Notes: generated from the letters alone by a model not told the origin. DNA of 64,000 bases from Octopus bimaculoides (GCF_001194135.2 NC_068997.1:22459115-22523114), one strand, 5' to 3'. Positions 1 to 14,740 are shown, numbered from the stretch's first letter. Numbers and translations: made by a program.

Positions 1-66
<66 letters not shown>
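1..66. repeat. (AC)n/(AT)n compound microsatellite
   Basis: Direct reading; representative of dozens of (AC)n, (AT)n, (ATGT)n and (ATAG)n tracts in the window. Confidence 0.98.
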
Positions 67-71
<5 letters not shown>

Positions 72-203
72 CATATATGTGTACGTTTGTGCTTGTGTGT
101 ACATATATATGTTGATGTTTATATATAGCTTTATGGAAATATATATACGTATATGTATACATACATATAAGCATGCATACATACATGCTTTCATACATAC
201 ACG

Positions 204-563
204 CATACATACAAGCTTGTATGACTACATGCATGCACAGATACAACATACAGGCATTTAATCTTACGCGTATAAAAATAAGCAGTGGTTTATTATGCCA
301 CAAGACGCGCACGGTCACTGTCTTATAGTTCGTTTTCGTTTCATTTAAACGTTAGAACTGTGAATTTTGTATAATACATGAACGTTTGAAATTATGTATT
401 ATACAAAATTTACAAGTCGAAAGTTTAGATGAAACGAAAAAGAATTGTTAGAGAGTGACTGTGCTTGTCTTGCGGCATAATAAACCACTGCTTATACGTG
501 TAAGATTAAATGCCTGCATGTTGTATATGTGTATGCATGTATACATATAAGCTTGTATGTATG
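204..563. repeat. ~360-bp imperfect palindrome (foldback)
   Basis: Left arm ...caggcatttaatcttacgcg...aagcagtggtttattatgccacaagac...ttttgtataatacat (to 379) is the reverse complement of right arm atgtattatacaaaa (from 394)...gtcttgcggcataataaaccactgctt...taagattaaatgcctg; loop 380-393. Confidence 0.95.
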
Positions 564-1359
564 TATGAATGTATGTATGTACGTAATTTATGTATGCATG
601 TATGCACGTGTCTATGTATATATGTATTTATAAGCATGTCCATATAAACTGAAAATTTACTCATCTAAATATCGAGTATGCAAGATATAGAAATAATAAT
701 TATAAGTAAATATCACTTATAAACATGTGCATAAACATATATATANNNNNNNNNNTATACATACACACATACACACACACGCATATATACGTACACACGC
801 ACACATATGTACTCTCATATATACATGATATCTTTATATTCATGAGCGTTCTTGAGTGTATATATGTATAAGATTATTACTGTTGTCATAGAATATTCTA
901 TTTTTTACACACATTTATGCATCTGTACTTACACATATCTATATATACCTATCTGTATATGCTCATATGCACAATCACACATACACATACACACACACAC
1001 GCACACACAAACACATAGGCGCACATATATTCATATATATATTTATNNNNNNNNNNNNNNNNNNNNNNNNNNNNNNNNNNNNNNNNNNNNNNNNNNNNNN
1101 NNNNNNNNNNNNNNNNNNNNNNNNNNNNNNNNATATATATATATATATATATATACATATACATTGTTTCATCTTTTATTTTTTTAAAAAATGAAGCGTA
1201 GAACAGTCCCACTGTTTTGTTCAGTCGTTCTGAACATTGGTGCACATGTAATAAACTTTTTATAATTCTACAATACACATAATATTTTAACAATTATCTA
1301 TATAGAATTCCGAATAATATTTGGTTATAAAAATATAGTAAAATTTTGGGATATACAGT

Positions 1360-1437
1360 GAAAAGCTATGGGGATCCATTTTAGTAAAATAGGAATCAAA
1401 GTGATCCTTAGTAAAACTATATATTTAAGAAACACTG
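1360..1437 (+). mobile_element. terminal remnant of hAT-like MITE
   Basis: gctatggggatccattttagtaaaataggaatcaaagtgatcc is an inverted homolog of 36725-36770; ends in aagaaacactg, resembling the GAGAACCACTG terminus of hAT/Charlie MITEs. Confidence 0.4.
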
Positions 1438-2749
1438 ATTTAGATACTCTACATCTATAATAGGAAAGAAGAGTGATTGGATGATCCACTCAATGGACTT
1501 GCGGGAATCAGCAATCGTATCTTCTCAAATATGCATTCTGCAGTTGTATATAAAAATTTTTCCGTTGGAAAATCAAATGTGAGATAAACAAAAATAAATA
1601 CGTAAATAACATTCATGAAATAAGATGGCGGTTTAGTTTGGCAACACTTTGATCATGCCTGCTGTATAATCATGGTTGCCTAAGGCTTAAACAAACGATC
1701 AACGTTAGCAGCCTCATTATCATCACCTCTTCATCCTCTCCACCAACAATAGTATTTGTAGCAACATTAACAATTATAGCAAGAGTAGTAACTGCAACAG
1801 CAACAACAATGAGAACAACAAAAGCTTTGAGTCTACTTTTCCTAGAACCAGCTAGAATTAGAAGCTAACTATCAACTGAAATCTCATACAAACTAAACAA
1901 TTTTAGAATAAACTTAAAATAAGAAATTAAACACACAACTAAAATTTTAGAAATGCGATCCTGTTATAGAAAACATCTGAATAATTTAACATATAATGGT
2001 CACACAGCTTGATTGCTTGACCAACAGGTGATCTGGCCTGGTCGTGATCAACATCAACATGAACAACAACAATAACAGCTTCAACAACTCACCGACAACA
2101 CGGAGGGGAAACACTTCAATACACAACATCCGCCATTGGTCAGCTAGCGAATCCCAAGAAATAAAATATTTATATGAGATTTTGCTTTGCTCTCTTCATT
2201 TTAAATACGTCTTTCTCATAGTCAGAGGTAGCACTATACTAATTTTTTTATTATTTCTATTTATTTATATATTTATATATAAATATACTCTTTCTTGCCC
2301 TCCCAGTTCGCCATAAAAATTTATTAAGATCCAATCGCCAGTACAAGGGCGAGTTTCACTGCGTAGTTTTATGGTTAGCGTCTCTCTTACTAAGAGACCC
2401 TTTGACCTAGTCTCTTCAACGCACATCCAATGCTTAAAGCATAAAGTGTTAAGTTTTATTGGAACTTTTATCTTGGATTTACAATGCATTGGGTTTCGGC
2501 TGTACAATATGAAAGAGCGAAGAACGTTTACATTTATATTTATTCCTCCCTCTTCCTGTTTTATCATCTTCCTCAGTTGCTTTCACGTTCTTTTATCAAA
2601 TAATCACATACTCACTGTTCACATATTCACAAACTCTCTTTCTCTTTCTGTTAATTCATACATGTATCTATATATATATATGTATGTATAACTGTGGGTG
2701 CGTATGCTTACGTATGTGCTAGTGTACGTAAGCGTGTGTATGTATATAC

Positions 2750-2782
<33 letters not shown>

Positions 2783-3180
2783 GATATATATATATNNNNN
2801 NNNNNNNNNNNNNNNNNNNNNNNNNNNNNNNNNNNNNNNNNNNNNNNNNNNNNNNTATATATACACACGCACATATACACATATATACATACATATATTT
2901 ATACACACATGTATATAGATACAAACACGCACGCACACGCACACAGAAATAGGTACACTTTCATACGCATGCGCATAAACTCATACCAACACATATGTAT
3001 GTCTGTATGCATGTATGTATGTATATCCTTCAATGAGTGCACATAGATTACTGCTTTATATATAAAACGTATAGTATATATCAACGAAGGACTATCGTAT
3101 CTATCTTTCTAATTAAATATGCAGATATGTATGTATGTATGTATGTATGTAAGTATGTATGTATGTATGTATGTATGTAT

Positions 3181-3388
3181 GCATGTATCTAACTCTCTAT
3201 CTATCTATTTATTTATCTATTAATCTGTCCATTTATCTATCTGTCATCCTATCTAGCAACCTCTATGTCAATATATGTGTGCATGTATCTAACTATCTAT
3301 CTATCTATTTATTTATCTATTAATCTGTCCATTTATCTATCTGTCATCCTATCTAGCAACCTCTATGTCAATATATGTGTGCATGTAT
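3181..3388. repeat. 100-bp tandem duplication (2 copies)
   Basis: 3181-3280 and 3281-3380 match with one substitution (ctct/ctat). Confidence 0.95.
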
Positions 3389-4138
3389 AAATGTGTGTAT
3401 GTATGAGGGTAGGCATATGTACATATGGGAACGCATGCATGTGTCGGGCTACAAAAAGGGCTTTAAAAGTTTTACTTAATAAAATGAATAAGCCAATCTA
3501 TATACTCGGCTCTAGTAGAACGAGGAAGACGAGGACAACGATGATGACGACGACGACGATGATGATGATGGTTTTGAGAGGAAGGAGGAACCATCAGAAA
3601 AGGAAACAAGGAAACAAGAAAACAATGGTCGAAACTTAAGTCTTGTGGGTAGATGTGGTAGACAGAAACTGAAACAAGCCCGCCGTATATATATATATAT
3701 ATACATATATATGTATATATATATATATATATGTATACATTTACATATATACATATGTATACTTACATATAAATATATATACGTACACATGCGTATACAT
3801 ATAATGTATATGTATACTGGCTTATACACATACGCATGCATTCCTTTCTGTCTGTCGGTAAATAAGAGAGATTTATCTATACCCAACATGTCGCCCTTTA
3901 AGTTGATGATGTCAACATTCCTGTAAATGGATTCCTCCTGATTCTTGGAGTCACAGCAGTNNNNNNNNNNNNNNNNNNNNNNNNNNNNNNNNNNNNNNNN
4001 NNNNNNNNNNNNNNNNNNNNNNNNNNNNNNNNNNNNNNNNNNNNNNNNNNNNNNNNNNNNNNNNNNNNNNNNNNATATATATATATATATATACATACAT
4101 ATATATACACACATATATATATACATATATATATATAC

Positions 4139-4174
<36 letters not shown>

Positions 4175-5236
4175 GTATACATTTACATATATACATATGT
4201 ATACTTACATATAAATATATATACGTACACATGCGTATACATATAATGTATATGTATACTGGCTTATACACATACGCATGCATTCCTTTCTGTCTGTCGG
4301 TAAATAAGAGAGATTTATCTATACCCAACATGTCGCCCTTTAAGTTGATGATGTCAACATTCCTGTAAATGGATTCCTCCTGATTCTTGGAGTCACAGCA
4401 GTTCCATTTATACCAGAAATTTAAGGAATAATCATGAATCATATAACTCAATTGGATCTTGTTCATTCACAAATCCGTCTCTGTCTGTTTCTCTCTCTCT
4501 CTCTCTCTCTCTCGACACCCAAAGACACACACACAAATGTACGAACACACACAAAGACACAGACACACATACACACACATGCACCCACACACAAACAAGC
4601 TCAAACACACACACATATTCACACACGGATATACCCTGTTGTATGCTGTTATGTAGGTATACCTATAAATATGTAAATACATGTTTATACTTACATGCAA
4701 ACACACACAGAGACACTTACACGTATATGATCTCCATATGTAAATGTATAACTATCTGTATATCTATATAACATTGGCACTAGGTTAGAAACCGACTCTA
4801 TCTCTATTAGCAAGAAATCTTGAAATAAAGCGAATAATGACGTACATACATACATACAAACATACATGCATACATATATATACATACATACATACATATG
4901 TGTATGTATNNNNNNNNNNNNNNNNNNNNNNNNNNNNNNATTTATTAATTAATCAACACATTGGAAGCAAAATTACTGCAGCTCCAAGATTTTTACAGAT
5001 ACCGTTAATTAATGCATAGGCAGTATAATATGATACACACATGCGTATATGGACATATATTTGTTATAAATAATGTAAATGTACATACATACCCATTTAG
5101 ATTCATAAACGCAGAAATTCGTATACGTATATATATGTATGCATGTATGTATGTATATGTATGTAAATATATGTATATATATATATATATATAAGTGTGC
5201 ATATATCTATATAGATAGATCGATAGACAGATAGAT

Positions 5237-5281
<45 letters not shown>

Positions 5282-5957
5282 TACACATACAGAATAAATA
5301 TATACAAACGTATATAGTATATACGTGTCTGTTTGTGCGATTGTGTCTGTGAGGTTGTGTGCGTATGTCTGTGTGTGTGTGTATGAATCAATGAAAGCAC
5401 ACGCACACACACTCTCTCTCTCTTTCTCTCTCTCTCACACACATAGAGAGAGATGAATTTATGTACGTGTTTGTGTATCAATGTGCATGTATGTACATAA
5501 AGCTTTGACCGAGGAACAAGGAAACCATACACCACACAAACTTACACTACATTGTGTATTAACAATTAGCAGCAGATTCATAGACAGAAAACATAGACCC
5601 ACACCTACTCTTTGATATGTTTATATGCGATACTTGCTTTCAGAAAAATTATCCAAATGAAAATTCTTCAATTTAACCATGTGACGTCTAACTACTGTGT
5701 ATTCTCTAACTTACAAAAGATTCGACTGACTACTTTTTTTTCAATTCAGAATATTCATGGATACCAGTCAAATAGGTATGTATGCGTATATGTGTGTGTA
5801 CGTGTGAGTACATGCATGTATATATAGAGAGTACGATGAGTAAATTGCAGGAATATCATATTTTTAATTTCATGCATGCGCATTGTTTGTCTTTGATTTT
5901 GTTGACTACACAGTATAGTAGGGTCAGTTGGGCTCCGCCTGTGAGAAAAACAGCACC

Positions 5958-6253
5958 ATTACTCAATTCACTCTGTCAGAAATTTGGAAACGATTTACAG
6001 TACTGTTTGGCATTCGCACAGGAAGATCCAATACGAACGTTTCAGAGTGTTTGAGTATCAATTTGAAGAGTGTTATCTCAGGGCATGTATCGAGAGTGAT
6101 AAAATCAAACACCCAGTCAACATTATGGTGTTTGGAGTGATCTCTAGTAAAGGCGACGTTATGCCTCCATTAATCCTCCCACATGGCCTTGAGAAGGTAG
6201 TGGTACTCTGGGACAAAAGGGTGGCTACTGGTAGACCCTATGTCTGGCAACAG
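5958..6253 (+). mobile_element. internally deleted Tc1/mariner (maT-like) transposase remnant
   Basis: N-terminal ITQFTLSEIWKRFTVLFGIRTGRSNTNVSECLSINL joined to catalytic-domain KHPVNIMVFGVISSKGDVMPP..PHGL/EKVVVLWDKRVATGRPYVWQQ; the VMVWG-like motif and WQQ(D) are typical of Tc1/mariner DDD domains. Confidence 0.8.
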
Positions 6254-6617
6254 AATAAGTAAGTGAATAACCTGTTTCTGCAGCATCTACCTAAACAGTA
6301 AAACGGTCATATGACCCTCTTTTAGTACTTCTGACTAAATCATCACGTGTCAATGTATGATAGCGAACATCTGTCATCCCTGTATAACGATTATGATCGG
6401 AGGGTATATAAAATACATACGCTGAATTGATTCCAATATGTCGCTTACTTTTGGTTTTATGAAAAATTAAATAAACCAGAGAACGCAAAATAGTACTTCA
6501 TTACAATATCCGTCTGAACATCATCATAAACTTTCACTAACAAAATATTTTTATTACAAAATAATTTTACGTAAAATCTCTGCAATTTGGATCGCAAGTC
6601 TAAATCCTTACGTTAAG

Positions 6618-6649
<32 letters not shown>

Positions 6650-6662
6650 CATGCCTGTATGC

Positions 6663-6722
<60 letters not shown>

Positions 6723-6757
6723 NNNNNNNNNNNNNNNNNNNNNNNNNNNNNNNNNNN

Positions 6758-6799
<42 letters not shown>

Positions 6800-6800
6800 C

Positions 6801-6843
<43 letters not shown>

Positions 6844-7220
6844 ATGTATACATATATATATATACATATTGTGTATGCTTTAATGCTAGTTGGTAAGCTT
6901 GTTTTAATATTGCAAATGGAGGAAGACTCGCCTTCTTTTGTTTCTTATCAGACACTAGTCTCACCTCAATGCGTTCTACAGAGGTAGCGTCGTTGCTTAA
7001 CCCCGCCATTTATATCTGTACAGAAACATGCTGAAATATTTAAAAGATATATCCCAGTGCAAGAATGACACGCAAATTCGTGAAGCGTTCCATAATTTGG
7101 CTGGCGGTGCCCCAGCATGGTTAAGCCTTTGTGCAGAAACGCATAAAAGAATAAAAGCTAACAAAAACAACAAAAAACTTTATAAATAAGTAAATATATT
7201 CCTGTACTATATCTAGTATG

Positions 7221-7252
<32 letters not shown>

Positions 7253-9194
7253 TATATGCATATGTATGTAAACATATACATATATATANNNNNNNNNNNN
7301 NNNNNNNNNNNNNNNNNNNNNNNNNNNNNNNNNNNNNNNNNNNNNNNNNNNNNNNNNNNNNNNNNNNNNNNNNNNNNNNNNNNNNNNNNNNNNNNNNNNN
7401 NNNNNNNNNNNNNNNNNNNNNNNNNNNNNNNNNNNNNNNNNNNNNNNNNNNNNNNNNNNNNNNNNNNNNNNNNNNNNNNNNNNNNNNNNNNNNNNNNNNN
7501 NNNNNNNNNNNNNNNNNNNNNNNNNNNNNNNNNNNNNNNNNNNNNNNNNNNNNNNNNNNNNNNNNNNNNNNNNNNNNNNNNNNNNNNNNNNNNNNNNNNN
7601 NNNNNNNNNNNNNNNNNNNNNNNNNNNNNNNNNNNNNNNNNNNNNNNNNNNNNNNNNNNNNNNNNNNNNNNNNNNNNNNNNNNNNNNNNNNNNNNNNNNN
7701 TATATATATATATATATATATTAGAATATTTAGTGTTTGACTCTTATGTTTTACGTTGAATAATCTACGCCATATTGTTTAAGTCGGGTACTGTTATATC
7801 GTTCCTTGTGCCGAACCGCTAACTTTCGGAAACTTAAAGCAACAACGGTTGTGCAACGTTGTCACGAGAAAGCAAACCGTAGTAGACTCATGCACGACAG
7901 TCCATTCGCTTTCTTTCAACCAAATTCACTCATATGACATTAGTCGGCCAGGATCTATAGTGGAAAATACACAAAATGCATCATTGCCAAGTGATTTTTC
8001 TTAAAAACATACCTATACCAGCACCTAATATATATTTCCTGCGCTTAAATTTGAATTAGCTTTATCAGTAAATCTTGAAGAAATATTCAGTTGCTTTTGG
8101 TTCTGCATAAAATTTCCTCTAATGACCTCATCGTCTTTTATAATTCTAGACTTCATAAAATATTTAGTTTATCATTAGTGTATTGGAACCTATTTCAACG
8201 GCAGTAAGTTTACCGCTAAAAATTTAGGTGTCCCTGATTTCACGGTGACTGTTATACTGATATTTTAAGATTCGTGAATCAGCAGAATTCTAGTTATGTG
8301 ACTAGCAAAATGTATACGTTTTGTACATATAAATTGAGCTCAATTCCTATCGATATTAATCTTCTAACATCCGATGTCGATAATTATTTTCATTTTATTT
8401 ATTTCGTTATTTTTCTAATTTGTGTTAGGTCTGTATTAGTGTTTTGAATTCGAAACTAGTTTACGTTGATATTTGTTTTTATTACAGCGACTTAGGTTTT
8501 ATGTAGGCTATCGGATTGAAATTTCTGTATGTATATTTTGAATGCATCCATATCTATCCTTTACTGACCTGTAAATTTGGGAGCAAAATTTTGAAAAGTG
8601 ACGGGTCTGGTGTTACCTTTTGAGATTTGGGGATCTGTATAGCCAAGTATGGGAAGCTATGTCCAGTTTACTATGACTTTCAAACTTGATGTTTGGTACC
8701 AGAACCTCTCAGCTAATTATTGTATATACAACACCGTATGTCTTTCGCATCTCTTTCCTTATTGCCTTTTGCCTCCCCCATTAGTCTCTTTGATGCATTG
8801 GGGAAAATATTCATAGTGTAACAGCTATGGATGGGCTCGATGGCTCGAGCTTCGCTATTTATTCGAATTTTGAGGCGGTGATATCAGTTGTGTAAGTGAA
8901 CGACAACGAATGCTCTTTACAGGAGAACACATTACCTTGTCTCTTGCTATGAATGATCACAGAATTCTGCGTCAGTCAACTGCAAATATCGACAATGTGA
9001 CCATGTTTCTTGCATTCTTAGAAGTGTCACTGTCAAAACTATTTTTGTTAATAGATAATGAATTTGTACTTTGGAAAAGCTTGGAGTAACCCTTCAGATA
9101 ATGTAGAAGTGATTTTATCATAACGGAATATATAAGCGAATATACATACATACATACATACATACATACTTACATATACGTATATATATATGTG

Positions 9195-9277
<83 letters not shown>

Positions 9278-9599
9278 CCCATTTGCAATAAATCTCTCAG
9301 AATGTAATCTGACTCATTATATTCTATCCATGACTTTGAGTTCGACAAAATATAATCTGTTGCTCTCAGCGTCATGGATTAGACATGAATAATAATACCA
9401 ATCACTAACGTTAAGCTGTACTTTAATTGTAAAGTACAGCACTAACTTAGCTATTATATCAATAATAAAATAAATAATCGAACGTCATATAGTTGTGTCT
9501 GTAAGTCAGTCTCTTTGTCTTTGTCTTATTTTTTTTCATTTCTTTCATTCTCTTCCTCCCTGTTTCTCAGTATACTTCTGTGTCTCTTTCTTGTTATTT

Positions 9600-9790
9600 T
9601 TTCACTTGTTCCACTTATTGGAGTCTAACCATGCTGGAACATCGCCTTGGACGGCTTTACTCGCTCAGATAGAAAGCAGTACTTATTTTAAACTCCGGTA
9701 GATATTCTATCGATAGCTTTTGTAAGGAGATGCAAACAAAACAACACCGGTGTTGGCAAGTGGTGAGGAAACAAAGCCTTGCACAGCAAA
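9600..9790 (-). mobile_element. degenerate 3' half of tRNA-derived CORE-type SINE (family A)
   Basis: aaccatgctggaacatcgcctt...agtacttatt...ggagatgcaaacaaaacaacaccggt aligns loosely with the clean copy at 20651-20860. Confidence 0.45.
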
Positions 9791-10414
9791 TATCTATATA
9801 CATGGTCGACGATCTTCCACGCAGTTTCCATTTACCAAGTTAACTCAAAAGTTATTGGTTTATCCTGAGCTACAGTAAAAAACATTCGTGCTAAATACCA
9901 TGAATTTAAATTTTAAAGCTGCTTTCTTAATCTCGCGGCCATACTGATACGTTTATATTTGCCATTGTATTTCTTACTCTTAATCTACCATTCATCCTTT
10001 CTTTTCTACATGAACCCATTTCTTTGCTTCTGTGTTTTTAATTTTTTTGTCTTTTGCTTTTTTTGTGATATATCTCCCTCTAAATATCTTACTTTCTTCC
10101 TTTTTATTCCCTCCCTCTAAATACATTACTTCTCTGTTGATCTATTGATTATTTAATGGCATCTTAATTAAAGTGAACCCTTTATTCTTGGAATTATCTT
10201 CCCTCCTTATTTGAGTTTTTTGCCAATTTCCACAAGCGATTGTTCTACCTTCCTTGGAAAAAGGGACGTGTATCAATAAATCAAGATTCTCTCTGCTATG
10301 GTATTTAATATATCCTTCGTCTTTGTTCTTCAAATCCATGTCGCTGGCCACAAAAAATCATTTAAATATACACAAACGCATTTCAAGGAGTTTGGCTGAA
10401 CCTGTCGTATATGG

Positions 10415-10555
10415 ATGCATGCTGAGAAGTTCCTGGCTTTAAGTATATCGCAAGAGGCCTGGTTCGAAGCCCAACATTCCGAGTTCTTAGAAAAACTGAA
10501 GGATTACTGCAATAAAAATGTGATTCTGAGAGGGGAATACGTTAAATAAAATCTA
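10415..10555 (+). mobile_element. mariner-derived non-autonomous element (partial)
   Basis: 10494-10548 encodes KLKDYCNKNVILRGEYVK*, matching the mariner transposase C-terminus (W.KC..L.GDYVEK*); preceded by a TIR-like gctgagaagttcctggcttt. Confidence 0.6.
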
Positions 10556-11019
10556 TCTATCTATCTATCTTCCCTCTTTCTCTTTCTTGTCTGTTCTATG
10601 TCACTCTTTCTTTCCCTCTCACCACTGCATCTCTTCTCGTTCCGGTATTTCAACCTCCGCTATTTTCCGTCTCTTTCTCCCCACCCTTTTTTCTCTATCT
10701 CTTTCGTTCTATTTCCACACCTTTATAAACCCACTCCATCTTCTTATTTTTTGTCTCCTTACTCGTCTACCTTTCCATTTCCCACCATTATTCTTCCACT
10801 CTTACCCATTCACCCTTCATACTATTTTCCTTGCCACGTTACTGCCTTCCTCAGCTGGTCACTCTCTGTCACCTATCACTTCCTCCTCTTCTACTTCTCT
10901 CGATTTCTCTCCTCTTTGCTTTCTCTCTCCCCCTCTTATCATAAAACGTTGAAATACGAAAAAAAGAAACAAGAGAACACCAGATTTTTTTGATGTCTTT
11001 AGCATCGATTGAAATCTCA

Positions 11020-11342
11020 TAAAAGCAAAGTAAAATATTGTTTATTAACTAGTAAACACTTGTTTTATCTATTCCATATCTACAAGAAGATCAACTGTGC
11101 TATTTGTCAAACTGAAATCAATAAAAAAATAATAATAATATTCAGTCAAGAACTGGATTCGAATCAATCGACCAACACCCTCCTCTCGCAAAATTCCAGG
11201 CTTTTGTTTAAAGCAGAAGATTGGGTGTTCCTGTTTTTAGTCAAATGGAACCTAATACATATTTTTTATGACCGGTACATATTTCTGTTGGTCTTTTTTG
11301 TGGAACCCTTATTTTCTGGGGACGTAAATAATCCAGCACCGT
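11020..11342 (-). other. candidate terminal exon of unidentified transcript
   Basis: Minus-strand acceptor ttctttctgtctgttcttaacccgacactaacccttgcag| (pyrimidine tract, two TAAC branch-like motifs); phase-1 reading xGAGLFTSPENKGSTKKTNRNMYRS* (stop 11266-11268); AATAAA at 11041-11046. No homology recognised. Confidence 0.25.
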
Positions 11343-11863
11343 CTGCAAGGGTTAGTGTCGGGTTAAGAACAGACAGAAAGAATGTGAATGAACTCAGGGC
11401 ATGATGAAATTTTGGCTGCGCGTTCGATTATTAAATAAATGATTTTTTCCAAAATATATCCAGAGATCTTAGCCATTGTATTCTGTATTGACGGTTGTAA
11501 AACATTTGTCATTATATGCATTAACTTCGTGGCGGGAAAATGGGTTAACTATTTTGAATCGTCTTAGAAAACATCATGCTTTTAATGACCATGAAGATAC
11601 ACGTATATCTGCTTTTGTGTGCATATATGTGAAGGGTAACATGTGTGATTGTCTGTCTATACATAGATATATGTCTACATACAGATAGATATATGGATGA
11701 TAATTGATTTACAGACGCACACACATACACACGCAACGAGCGCTAACATTCACATGTACGTATTCGTACCTGCTTTTACGTTTGTACCGATCTAAGAAAA
11801 TTGCTGTTTATGACATGTGCCTTTATGTTCAGTCGCATAGCGGTTCGACAGGGTATAGGATCC

Positions 11864-11928
<65 letters not shown>

Positions 11929-12063
11929 CATCTATATATATATATATATATACACGCGCGCGCACACACAGATAGATCTTTATGCGTGTGTGTGTGNNNN
12001 NNNNNNNNNNNNNNNNNNNNNNNNNNNNNNNNNNNNNNNNNNNNNNNNNNNNNNNNNNNNNNN

Positions 12064-12119
<56 letters not shown>

Positions 12120-12239
12120 TGTGTTTTCATGGAACTCCAAGAACAATAACCTATTCTGTACCATATATTCTTGGTGAATAATGAATCCTCAATTGCTGCG
12201 GTTTAAAAGAATTCTTTTTTGTACCAAGTATTATAGCTG

Positions 12240-12249
12240 CAGCAGCAGC

Positions 12250-12303
<54 letters not shown>
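12240..12303. repeat. (CAG)/(CAA)n trinucleotide repeat
   Basis: Direct reading. Confidence 0.95.
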
Positions 12304-12304
<1 letters not shown>

Positions 12305-12887
12305 GCTAATATCACCACGACTACCACTACTACACAAACAAACGTATGCAGCTTTATGTATATACGATATATTCATTCATCTGTTTACTTCACCGGCTCT
12401 CAGTTCATCCACGCACCATTGTGTTTCTATTTGTTAATATACGAGTGTGTGGTTATATGCTGGTAAAAGACATGTTTTTCTCTTTATATTTCTCTCCATA
12501 TGCGAACCAGCAACTCAGTGTATCAATTTAGCATTTATCCATTTCTTAAACGATATTTTAACTCATCTCCTTTTTCTTGTATTTATTTTCTTCTGTCTAT
12601 CTTGGCAGCATTCAAATGTTATATTCTTATCGTATCTACATCGCTTTACTTTACAAGCCAGTATATGAAGGAAACATTACCAGGTCGCTCGACAGGCTAA
12701 TAATAGTTGACAAATCTCCCTCAAATGTAAAGTCCATCACCGTACAAAGAGTACATCTCTATATTCATATATTTATATATAGAAACGTGGGATTATGAAT
12801 ACTTGATTAAGATAGATACTAACAATATTATGCATACATCCGACTGATTCTCTCTCTCTCACTACATATATACACGGATTATGTATA

Positions 12888-12924
<37 letters not shown>

Positions 12925-13138
12925 CTCTTCGAAACGTCTGTGTTAGAATGGGGGCAGCTGATGAAGGAAAATATTCTCTATGTGGCCTGTGTGTTTTCTG
13001 TACTCTGGTTGTTATTATTTTTTTTTTGTCTACGTTTTGCTTGCAATGTCCTGTACCCAGATATGCACCTATATATACAAGTAGATGTAGGTATTCACAT
13101 ACTTGTACGTATATATGCATATACTCATTAATTATTTG

Positions 13139-13171
<33 letters not shown>

Positions 13172-13674
13172 TATATACACTTGTATGCACATGCATATAT
13201 ACATGTGTATGCATTCTAACGTTCAATAGGACGCTGAGCCACTGCTTAGTAACTCACCTGGTTACTAAACAGGCTTATTGACCATATATTTTCACATCAT
13301 ATTACAGGTGTGTTTTAAATATCTATCATAGCTATTCCACATTGCAGCTGTCTCTCCATAACTTGGAATGCTTAACTTCTATAATGTATTTATAACGTGT
13401 TTCTATGGAATTTCAAGTCAATACGTTTATACCTCTAGCAGTTGTATTCATTTCTATGTTTTCGGTTAGAAATGTGCATTTGCGTTATCATTGCATCTCT
13501 TGTGTCTGTCTCCGTATTACACATCTTTTTCTCTCTCTATTTCTCATCTTCTTACTCTCTTTTTCATTTCTTCCTCTTTACGTCGTGTTCAATGCATATC
13601 ACATACATACACATACATACATACATACATACACACGCAAATACATACATACTTACATATTCATATACTTATAT

Positions 13675-13915
13675 TCTTTTTCGTGTTACAGTCGTTTGAC
13701 TGCGGCCATGTTGGAGCATCGCCTTTAGTCGAATAAATCGACTTATTCCTTGTAATCCTAGTACTTATTCTATCGGTTATTCTGCCGAACCGCTAAGGTA
13801 CGGGGACGTAAACACACCAACATAGGTTGTCAAGCGACGGTGGGAGGAGGAGATGAACACTGACACAGAGACGCACAACGGACTTCTTTCAGTTTCTGTC
13901 CGCCAAATCCACTCA

Positions 13916-13974
<59 letters not shown>

Positions 13975-14239
13975 GAGTACTTATATATTTCCACGCGTGT
14001 GTACGTACCAAGACCCTGTCTAAATACCTATATACGTACGTGCTAACATACATACTTGCGTTTTATTTGTCCATATCTACGTTTACTTATAGCAAGCGCA
14101 ATTTTGTAGTGTTATAAACAGACAACTTCGGCCCGAAGCTATAGTGGACGACACTTTCCCAAGATACCATTCAGTGGGACTGAAACCGGGACCATGTAGT
14201 TTGGAAGCAAAGTTCTTACCATACAGCCACGCCTGCGCC
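13675..14239 (-). mobile_element. full-length CORE-type tRNA-derived SINE (family A; octopus OR2-like) interrupted by a ~206-bp insertion
   Basis: Head (rc ggcgcaggcgtggctgtatggtaag...ggtttcagtcccactg, A/B-box-like) at 14127-14239; body and tail 13675-13919 match copies at 20651-20860 and 31416-31581; ccttgggcaag-like segment resembles the MIR CORE. Confidence 0.85.
13920..14125. repeat. inverted copy of 15891-16077
   Basis: The unique part 13972-14125 is the reverse complement of 15891-16044 with one difference at the (GT)n edge; the (GT)n/(AC)n tract is included. Confidence 0.95.
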
Positions 14240-14709
14240 TATCCACCATGCCTATGCCTATCCACTACGCTTGCGCCTATGTATATAAACAAATAAATAA
14301 CAAATGTTGATACGCGTCACTTCATTACAGCTGTTTCCAACGGATTTCTTTAATAGATTAGTGAGCACATTACATCATAACAACAACAACAAAAAAACGC
14401 TTTCTTCAGGTAATTTTAACACTTCTAACTATATATTACCAACACGGTGAGCGATTCAAACCTAGGATCAATCCTTAGACTATAAATACTCATAAGGGTT
14501 AAATTGTATACATAACCTGAATCATTGACTCGATGTATTTCGGTACCCATAATATTTATTCGACTAAAGGTGGTGACTACAAGTTAATTTGACCCAGCCT
14601 CGAAACTATCATTTAAGTACCTAAATCTTCTGAATCCTTAATATTGCATATCTGTTTGTCTGTATGTATGTATAGACATATATGAAATATATCTATATCT
14701 ATCTATCTA

Positions 14710-14740
<31 letters not shown>

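Noticed and set aside
3731-4402. Exact 230-bp direct duplication (3731-3960 = 4173-4402)
   Set aside because: The first copy ends exactly at an N-gap and the copies are identical: typical unmerged contig or haplotype overlap, most likely an assembly artefact.
8920-9090. Exon-like segments on both strands (+ 56-codon frame after tctttacag; minus 44-nt AG..GTAATG)
   Set aside because: The minus candidate has stops in all frames, the plus candidate lacks a good donor, and there is no recognisable homology.
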